Shown: positions 57,515 to 64,000 of the stretch, piece by piece
How positions within the stretch are numbered: the first letter of the stretch is position 1
How the letters are laid out: the number at the start of each line of letters is the position of its first letter
Assembly (NCBI GenBank): GCA_018693855.1
Contig: JABHMO010000043.1
Location: 72,154-136,153, forward strand
Length of the DNA: 64,000 nt
Reading direction: 5' to 3'
From: Candidatus Falkowbacteria bacterium
GTDB lineage: Bacteria; Patescibacteriota; Patescibacteriia; UBA11705; JABHMO01
The notes under the pieces: generated by a model
Databases searched by the model: none
Told to the model about the DNA's origin: nothing
What the model saw: the letters and a program-made list of their open reading frames with translations, nothing else
Made by a program: the position numbers and the translations under genes

Positions 57515-57766
57515 TTATCGACCACCTCTTCGTTTACCTTTAAATCGATCTTCAGGTAACTTGCCGATTTTCTTTAGAAATTGAATTTTGTCCTTGTATT
57601 TCTTTCGAGCAACTGCAACAGTCTTTTGCAAATTTCGACTTTCATCCTTTGCGTGATAACGTTTTGATTTGAATTCAAAAATCACACCACTTTGAATAAG
57701 TCTCTTGTTAAATCGTCTCAAAAATGACTCAAATGATTCCCCCTTTTTTCGTTTTGCTTCTAACAT
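57515..57766 (-). CDS. rpsU: 30S ribosomal protein S21
   Basis: It encodes 83 aa, is strongly basic, and matches the S21-like pattern (…ESFESFLRRFNKRLIQSGVIFEFKSKRYH…). Confidence 0.7.
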   Translation of the reverse strand: MLEAKRKKGESFESFLRRFNKRLIQSGVIFEFKSKRYHAKDESRNLQKTVAVARKKYKDKIQFLKKIGKLPEDRFKGKRRGGR

Positions 57767-57780
57767 GTTATAACTCCTTG

Positions 57781-57856
57781 ATTATTAGAGGGCTAGAGAG
57801 GGCTACAGAAGGCTTTATCTATACTGAGTCACTCCGGCAAAAGCCGGAGTCTGACC
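57781..57856. repeat. GGCTA-motif direct repeats plus the ACTCCGGC…GCCGGAGT hairpin in the rpsU leader
   Basis: It reads GAGGGCTAGAGAGGGCTACAGAAGGCTTT followed by GAGTCACTCCGGCAAAAGCCGGAGTCTGACC. It is the same family as the element at 33120-33284. Confidence 0.7.
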
Positions 57857-57895
57857 AGATTCAAAAGCCATCCTTATCCTTTTTAACCATCCTAA

Positions 57896-59230
57896 TTATT
57901 TTTTCTTCTTATAAATTTCTTTTAATCTTTTTTTAACTTCAGGAACAACGTTACTTAGACTGATGACTTCTTGGATACCGCTATCTTCTTCTCTGACAAT
58001 GATAGTGCCTTCGGTTACTTCCTTTTGACCTAGAATCAGAATGATTTTTGCTTTACATTTTCGAGCTAGATCCAACTGTGATTTCAGTGCTCCTTTTGAA
58101 AAATTAGCTTTGACTGAAAAATTCTCTGCTCGCAAAGCTTCAAAGAAAGTAAATGCTTTCTGTCTGGCCTGTTCACTCAATTGAGCAACAAACACATCCG
58201 GACCCTTTTTTGCTGGTAATTCAACTTGTTGATGTCGGATTTCAGAGACTAAACGTTCTATTCCAAAACTAAATCCTGACATTGGAGTACTTTCTCCACC
58301 TAGCATTTCAATTAAATTATCACAACGACCACCACCTGCTAAAACAATAGTTTCTCTTCCTTCCTGAGGAGGTGTTGTTATTTCAAAAATAGTTTTCGTA
58401 TAGTAATCAAATGTTCTTGAAAGAGTTGGGTCAAGAGTGTATTCAACTTTCACTTCATCTAGATACTCTAAAACCTTAAATAAATGGTTACGACAGTCAT
58501 CACACAAGAAATCAACTGTTTGCGGAGCATCTTCAAATGCTTTTACACAACGTTGACTGTTACATTGAAAAACTTTCAATGGATCTTTTGTAATCAACTT
58601 TCTTAGATCAGCAGGGATAGCAGCTCGTTTTGATTTCAAGTACTCTGCTAAAACTTTTTTATATTCTGGTCGACATAACGTACAACCGACACTATTTAAT
58701 TTTACTTGTCCATTTATTCCTAAATTTTTCATCAAGAAATGTGCCATGATAACAAGTTCACCATCAATTGCCGCTGACTCGTCTCCAACAATTTCGAAAT
58801 CAACTTGAGAGAACTGTCTCAGTTTATTTGTTTCTATTTTACCTTGACGGAACATTGATCCCCAAGTATAAACTTTTAACGGCATCTGAGAAGCGCTCAT
58901 GTTGTGATCGATAAAAGCTCGAGCAATAGAAGCAGACGCTTCTGGTCTCAAACAAAGTTTTTCACCTCGATCAGTAAAAACAAAAGCCTCTTTTTCTAAA
59001 ACATTATTCTGCCTAAATAAAGAATGATTAAAAAGTTCAAACTTTTCCAAAAGTGGAGTTTCCATACGATGATAACTGTAATCAGAGATCAATCGTCTAA
59101 CCTGATTCTCAACAAAATTCCAATGCTTCGCATCATTTGGCAAAACATCTTTCATACCCTTAACAACGGGTGGAGTTTTAATTGTCTTTATAGGTTCTCT
59201 TGGTTGTTCTTCTTTTTTTCTTCTAGGCAT
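57896..59230 (-). CDS. hisS: Histidine--tRNA ligase
   Basis: It has class II aaRS motifs, a HisRS-specific N terminus (…GMKDVLP…), and a C-terminal anticodon-binding domain. Confidence 0.9.
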   Translation of the reverse strand: MPRRKKEEQPREPIKTIKTPPVVKGMKDVLPNDAKHWNFVENQVRRLISDYSYHRMETPLLEKFELFNHSLFRQNNVLEKEAFVFTDRGEKLCLRPEASASIARAFIDHNMSASQMPLKVYTWGSMFRQGKIETNKLRQFSQVDFEIVGDESAAIDGELVIMAHFLMKNLGINGQVKLNSVGCTLCRPEYKKVLAEYLKSKRAAIPADLRKLITKDPLKVFQCNSQRCVKAFEDAPQTVDFLCDDCRNHLFKVLEYLDEVKVEYTLDPTLSRTFDYYTKTIFEITTPPQEGRETIVLAGGGRCDNLIEMLGGESTPMSGFSFGIERLVSEIRHQQVELPAKKGPDVFVAQLSEQARQKAFTFFEALRAENFSVKANFSKGALKSQLDLARKCKAKIILILGQKEVTEGTIIVREEDSGIQEVISLSNVVPEVKKRLKEIYKKKK

Positions 59231-59272
59231 AGAATCGCAAGGGGGCTATAGGGGGCGAAGGAGGCTATAGAA
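59231..59272. repeat. GGCTATA-motif leader element abutting the hisS start codon
   Basis: The sequence AGAATCGCAAGGGGGCTATAGGGGGCGAAGGAGGCTATAG shares a 25-nt near-identical leader with the capA-like gene at 33120-33140. Confidence 0.75.
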
Positions 59273-59359
59273 AACTACTTTTGAAAAAGCAAAATCCTAT
59301 TTATTTAGTCTCCTCACCGCACAGCCAATTTGTATATTTGTATTTAAGCTCTAATAAAT

Positions 59360-59941
59360 CTAGTATTCGATATTATCAAAAAAAGTTAATCTCCAGACAG
59401 GCCAACCTCGGAACCAGACTTTTCCGACGATTAGATCTCGATCAACTGGACCAAAACTTCGAGAATCAAGACTGTACTCTCGATTATCACCCAAAACATA
59501 GTATTCATCAGCGCCAAGTGTCCACGTAGTAGTACCTCTGGTTCTAGCACCGTCTTCTAAATAGATTGCTTCATCAAGAATCATTTTCTTATCATCACTA
59601 TGCACGTAAACCATGTTATCTTTTATTTCAACTTTTTCACCCGGTAGTCCGATTATTCTTTTAATGAAATACTGTGATGGATCTTTTGGATATTTGAAAA
59701 CGATAATATCACCTCGGACAGGATCACCAAATCTATAACCAATTTCATTAATGATCAAATACTCATGATCATAAAAACTTGGCTCCATTGAAGCACCTTT
59801 TACATAAAAGGGCTGTATTAAAAAATATCTAACTGGAATAATGATAGCTAATGAAACAGCTACAACCTTGACTAAATCCCAAACAAATTGCAGAGTTTTC
59901 TGCATTGGGCTTAATTCTTCAAAATACTCTCTTTCACTCAT
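59360..59941 (-). CDS. lepB: Signal peptidase I
   Basis: It has the S26 catalytic regions (…KGASMEPSF…, …GDNREYSLDSRSFGPV…). The start was moved to ATG 59939-59941; upstream of it lies a GGCTATA-type motif at 59950-59978. Confidence 0.85.
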   Translation of the reverse strand: MSEREYFEELSPMQKTLQFVWDLVKVVAVSLAIIIPVRYFLIQPFYVKGASMEPSFYDHEYLIINEIGYRFGDPVRGDIIVFKYPKDPSQYFIKRIIGLPGEKVEIKDNMVYVHSDDKKMILDEAIYLEDGARTRGTTTWTLGADEYYVLGDNREYSLDSRSFGPVDRDLIVGKVWFRGWPVWRLTFFDNIEY

Positions 59942-60136
59942 AAAACAAAGAAGGCTATACAGGGCTAAAGAAGGCTTAAAAATAAACAAAATTAAGACCT
60001 TTTTCACTCTCTTAGGTGTTAAGTTGCCATTATTATAACAAATTTTCAAACTTAATGCAAGTTTATCAAATAGAATGTTTTGTTAATAAATTTACAAAAA
60101 GAAAAAGACGACGCAAGACGCCGTCACTAGCAATGT

Positions 60137-60664
60137 TTAGCCAAAATCACGATCACGTTCATCTAATCTTTTTTTCCGAAAAGAGGTGTGCATCAGACTA
60201 CTACCACTTGGCCACTTTTCAGGTGTTCTTTCAAGCTCATAGTTTAGCTCCAGATACCTAACAGACCGTGGAACTCCAGCGATAATTCGTCTAAAATACA
60301 GCGCCAATTCAGAACCTGCAATCAACTTGAACCCAACACTTGTCATAGAACCATACAACTTTGTTCGGAAAAAGTACCGTGCAAGAAATGTTTCTTCATA
60401 CAAACTGCCAAAAAAGGCAAGCCTCAATTCCTTCACATCCTCCATCCATGACGTCCATTCATGAGGATTACTAAGGAAAAAGAGATAATCAGGATCACTC
60501 TTCTGTACAAGTTTTTTATATCTCAATAAAAGGTCATATCCTCTTTTCTTTTCGCTTTCAGGGAGTTTTTCCCACAGACGAACGAGATCCATCAAGCTGA
60601 GATCCAACCTAAACCGTAAACGTAAATTTTGCAACATTTCTTGAGCAGTTTTTGGTTCTGACAT
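60137..60664 (-). CDS. Hypothetical protein (175 aa)
   Basis: It has host-like composition and is basic. No recognisable motif was seen. Confidence 0.4.
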   Translation of the reverse strand: MSEPKTAQEMLQNLRLRFRLDLSLMDLVRLWEKLPESEKKRGYDLLLRYKKLVQKSDPDYLFFLSNPHEWTSWMEDVKELRLAFFGSLYEETFLARYFFRTKLYGSMTSVGFKLIAGSELALYFRRIIAGVPRSVRYLELNYELERTPEKWPSGSSLMHTSFRKKRLDERDRDFG

Positions 60665-60820
60665 CGATCACCCTCCCGTGATGAATGTGACGAGACAAAC
60701 AACTACTAATTATAGAGAAAATCACGATTTTGTCAAGCTTGTTAATTAATTAACTTTAGGGTATAATATCTACACGAAGAACACATAATCTTTATTAGAT
60801 TTTATTTTAAAATTAATACT

Positions 60821-60869
60821 TACTTCGATTCACTCCGCTTTACATCGATTTACCTCGATTCACCTCCCT
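60821..60869. repeat. Tandem array of 10-bp units (TACYTCGATT-like) abutting the start codon of the LCP gene
   Basis: The units are tacttcgatt, cactccgctt, tacatcgatt, tacctcgatt and cacctcccta, followed directly by the ATG. Confidence 0.7.
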
Positions 60870-62291
60870 ATGACTCCAAATTTCAAATCAAAACCAATAG
60901 AAGTAGATACAAAGGTCAATCTTTTGGACCAGAACGATAATAGACGACCAAAAGGTAAGAAAATTTTTAAAGTTAGTAAATTCATTATATATCTACTGGC
61001 TGTTATGATTGTGGCGTTTTTTGTATTCTCTTTTCAAGTTTTATTCACTGATAATAGCATTTCAAAAATCTTTGCTGGAAAAACAGGGTTTTTCGCGCAA
61101 CTAACAAGCTTGGCAGGAAACAGTTCTCCCCTATCCGGTGAAGCAGAAGACCGAATAAATATTTTACTACTTGGAATGGGTGGAGCTGGACATGATGGTC
61201 CATATCTAACAGACACAATAATGTTAGCCAGCATAAAACCATCAACGAAAAAAGTTTCAATGGTTAGTATTCCTCGTGACCTACTTGTTGAGATTCCTGG
61301 TTATGGTTATTGGAAGATTAATAACGCTAACGCTTTTCATGAACAGAAAAACGCTGGCAATGGCGGAGATCTGACAAAGGAAGTTGTTTCAAAAACTTTT
61401 GACATCCCAATTCATTATTATGTTAGAATAGATTTTGCTGGTTTTGAAAAAATCATTGACGAAATTGATGGAGTAAAAATAAATGTTGATAACAGTTTTA
61501 CTGATTACCAATACCCAACAAGTGATCACAAATATCAAGTTGTTTCATTTGAAACAGGAAATCAAACAATGGATGGTGAGACTGCTCTGAAATACTCTCG
61601 TAGTCGACATGGAAACAATGGCGAAGGATCTGATTTTGCAAGAAGTCAACGACAACAAAAAGTTCTGCAAGCGTTCAAACAAAGATTACTATCATACGAC
61701 TTTTTATTAAATCCAACAAAAATTAAAAAATTATCAAGAACATTATCTGACCATATTCGCACAGACCTTGAACTTTGGGAGACAATTAAATTAGCTCAAT
61801 TAGTCAAAGAAGTTGATACTGAAAATATTATTACAGAAGTGCTTGATGATAGTCCGGATGGATATCTTTATGCAAACATTGTAAATGAAGCCTACGTACT
61901 ATTACCAAAAGGAGACTCATTTTCTTACATCAATCATTTAATTAAGAATATTTTCAATCAAAACGATGAACAAGTCATTGCCGAAATAGAAGAAACTCAA
62001 GTCACAGTTGAAATCCGAAATGGAACAACGACTCCGGGACTCGCGTCTATCAATTCACAAGATTTGAAGTTCAAAGGATTCAAAATTTCAAAGATCGGAA
62101 ATGCACCTGTTCAAGATTACGAAAAAACACTTATTTACAAACTTTCTAATACTGTTTCTGAAAAAGAGACTGTATTAAAAGAAAAATATAATACAGAAAT
62201 ACTAGAAATAGCTATTCCTGATTGGGTAAAAGATCAAGCCGCTCCAGATTTAGATTACTTTGTAATTCTGGGTACGGATTTGAGTAAGTAA
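60870..62291 (+). CDS. LytR-CpsA-Psr (LCP) family cell-envelope phosphotransferase
   Basis: It has an N-terminal TM anchor and the LCP core (…LLLGMGGAGHDGPYLTDTIMLASI…SIPRDL…). A C-terminal LytR_C-like domain is present. Confidence 0.8.
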   Translation: MTPNFKSKPIEVDTKVNLLDQNDNRRPKGKKIFKVSKFIIYLLAVMIVAFFVFSFQVLFTDNSISKIFAGKTGFFAQLTSLAGNSSPLSGEAEDRINILLLGMGGAGHDGPYLTDTIMLASIKPSTKKVSMVSIPRDLLVEIPGYGYWKINNANAFHEQKNAGNGGDLTKEVVSKTFDIPIHYYVRIDFAGFEKIIDEIDGVKINVDNSFTDYQYPTSDHKYQVVSFETGNQTMDGETALKYSRSRHGNNGEGSDFARSQRQQKVLQAFKQRLLSYDFLLNPTKIKKLSRTLSDHIRTDLELWETIKLAQLVKEVDTENIITEVLDDSPDGYLYANIVNEAYVLLPKGDSFSYINHLIKNIFNQNDEQVIAEIEETQVTVEIRNGTTTPGLASINSQDLKFKGFKISKIGNAPVQDYEKTLIYKLSNTVSEKETVLKEKYNTEILEIAIPDWVKDQAAPDLDYFVILGTDLSK

Positions 62292-62458
62292 AAAGGTTAA
62301 TCAAAACGTTAACCAAGTTAATCGAAAGGTTAACCGAGTTAGTCGCAAGATTTCTCACCCAGACTAGACGGCTAATTCTTATTAGATTACGGGTTTGAAA
62401 CTTGTGCGGTCGTATGACCGTATGACAAGGACGAAGGAATTAATCTTAAAACATCACT

Positions 62459-63859
62459 ATGCGAAAACATATAACAGATAAAAATATAGTTTCATTAATA
62501 GGTCGTACCAACGTAGGTAAATCGACTCTATTTAATAAACTGACAGAAAAAAAAGCTGCGCTTATTTCAAATGTAGCTGGGACAACTCGAGACAGAAGGT
62601 TTGGAGAGGTTTTATGGCGAGGAGAAACTTTTGTAATCTCAGACACTGCTGGTCTTGATGTAGAGTCTGAAGCTGAGATTGATATTGAATCAATCAAGAA
62701 AGCCAAGCAAGCATTAAAAGAGTCTGCTTTAGTTTTATTTGTTGTAGAAGCTGGTGACGGACTGATGCCTCAAGATAAAGAGTTTAACAAATTAATTAAA
62801 AAACAGAATAAAAACATAGTTTTAGTTGTCAATAAAGTTGATAACCCGACAAGATTGAATCAAATTGGTGAGTTTGAGAAACTGGGAATTAAAAACAGTT
62901 TCGCAGTAAGTGCAAAAACAGGTGCAGGACTAGGAGATCTACTTGATTATGTTTATGATAATTTGAAACTTGATAAAAAAGAAAAAGAAGAAGCGAAACT
63001 TACTCAAGAAGAGAAAGATCTAATTGCAAATGAGATTAAAATTGCGATTTTAGGTAAACCAAACGTTGGAAAGTCTTCATTAATCAACAGTATTATTGGA
63101 AAAGATGAAGTAATCGTTTCACCAATCGCACATACAACGAGAGAAAGCCAAGATCTAACAATTGAGTATAAAAAAGAAGATAAAAAATACAGGCTGACTT
63201 TTATTGACACTGCTGGCATGATTAAAAAAAGAAAAATCAGCGACAAATTTCAAGAACAAAGTATTGAACAAAGTTTAGGATCACTTGCTTACAGTGACCT
63301 TGCACTTCTAGTTATCGATGCGGACAAAGAGATCACAGCTCAAGATAAAAACATTGCCAAAGAAATTCTTGAAAGAAGTAAATCTTTAATGTTTATCGTT
63401 AACAAATGGGATCTAGTAAAAGACAAGGACACACATAGTGATAAAGTTTATATTGAGTTCCTACACCGATCATTCCCCTACTTAACTTGGGCACCAGTCA
63501 TCTTCACTTCAGCTAAAACAGGATTTCGAGTAGCCAGATTAATTGATGAAGTTCTTGAAATTAATGACAATCAAACTAAAAAAATATCAGAACAAGAGTT
63601 AGCTGAATTCAAGAGATTCATTATCAGAAAACAGTCTCCGAAAAAAACAAAAGGTACTAAACCACCTTTCATCCATATCATCAGACAGATAAAAACAAAA
63701 CCTCAGACTTTTGAAATCATTGCTGACACAGCCGACAACATCCATTTCTCATACCGTAGATTCATAACAAATCAACTAAGAGAAAAATACGGACTTTGGG
63801 GTTGTGGAGTGAAGTTGGTTTTAACAGAAAAAAATCCGAAAAAATCTCATCAAACATAA
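62459..63859 (+). CDS. der: Ribosome-associated GTPase Der/EngA
   Basis: It has two tandem GTPase domains with G1 motifs GRTNVGKST and GKPNVGKSS, and a C-terminal KH-like domain. Confidence 0.95.
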   Translation: MRKHITDKNIVSLIGRTNVGKSTLFNKLTEKKAALISNVAGTTRDRRFGEVLWRGETFVISDTAGLDVESEAEIDIESIKKAKQALKESALVLFVVEAGDGLMPQDKEFNKLIKKQNKNIVLVVNKVDNPTRLNQIGEFEKLGIKNSFAVSAKTGAGLGDLLDYVYDNLKLDKKEKEEAKLTQEEKDLIANEIKIAILGKPNVGKSSLINSIIGKDEVIVSPIAHTTRESQDLTIEYKKEDKKYRLTFIDTAGMIKKRKISDKFQEQSIEQSLGSLAYSDLALLVIDADKEITAQDKNIAKEILERSKSLMFIVNKWDLVKDKDTHSDKVYIEFLHRSFPYLTWAPVIFTSAKTGFRVARLIDEVLEINDNQTKKISEQELAEFKRFIIRKQSPKKTKGTKPPFIHIIRQIKTKPQTFEIIADTADNIHFSYRRFITNQLREKYGLWGCGVKLVLTEKNPKKSHQT

Positions 63860-64000
63860 TTAGCCATTCTCCCCACCCGCCCGCCCTAATTTGTGCTGGC
63901 GCACGGCCGGTTTCGTTCGCTTTCACTCACTCAACCATTATTTAGTTATCTATCAACCTTAAAAACTAAACTCAATCCAAACAAATTGGTAGATTTGTAG

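Noticed and set aside
1-64000. A search for tRNA genes, T-loop GTTCRANTCC with matching acceptor stems.
   Set aside because: No candidate with both a T-loop and a plausible cloverleaf was found. The window appears to lack tRNAs and rRNAs.
63860-64000. The GC-rich tail after der (…CCCACCCGCCCGCCCTAATTTGTGCTGGCGCACGGCCGG…), considered as the start of an RNA gene.
   Set aside because: The stretch is too short and is truncated by the window edge, so it cannot be assessed. It is noted only.

Overview
This window is AT-rich (about 33% GC) with mostly short intergenic spacers, and its housekeeping genes lack Shine-Dalgarno motifs. Together with the gene content this looks like a small-genome, probably CPR/Patescibacteria-like, anaerobic bacterium. 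The phylum call is inference from composition and gene content only. Recognisable core genes are the gatB 3' end, miaA, a miaB-like MTTase, pieces of the dcw cluster (mraY-murD-ftsW, and ftsA-ftsZ further along), an isc-like Fe-S operon (iscR-iscU-nfu-iscS), rpmA, ksgA/rsmA, prfB (full length, no frameshift), htrA, nrdD-nrdG, dgkA, ybeY, rpsU, hisS, lepB, an LCP-family protein and der. Accessory content is extensive. There are two loci of giant secreted Cys-rich proteins (3176 aa, and 2830 aa plus 680 aa), each flanked by small membrane-anchored proteins carrying thrombospondin-type-3-like Ca-binding repeats. The 2830-aa and 680-aa proteins share a duplicated N-terminal module with VirB2/TrbC-pilin-like topology. 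The glycyl-radical motif of nrdD sits in a separate 48-codon ORF downstream of the nrdD body. A GC-richer island at about 15.0-19.5 kb holds SD-bearing genes (a secreted C39-like peptidase/Cys-rich protein and lipoproteins) and lies next to a RAYT/IS200-like transposase whose REP-like palindromes recur elsewhere in the window as terminators. Several intergenic repeat families occur: a roughly 160-bp palindromic element in four copies, 10-bp tandem arrays at four loci, and a GGCTATA/52-bp leader family. Two candidate structured or small RNAs were found; no tRNA, rRNA or CRISPR array was recognised. All calls rest on reading the sequence and on knowledge of the named families; no database search was run.
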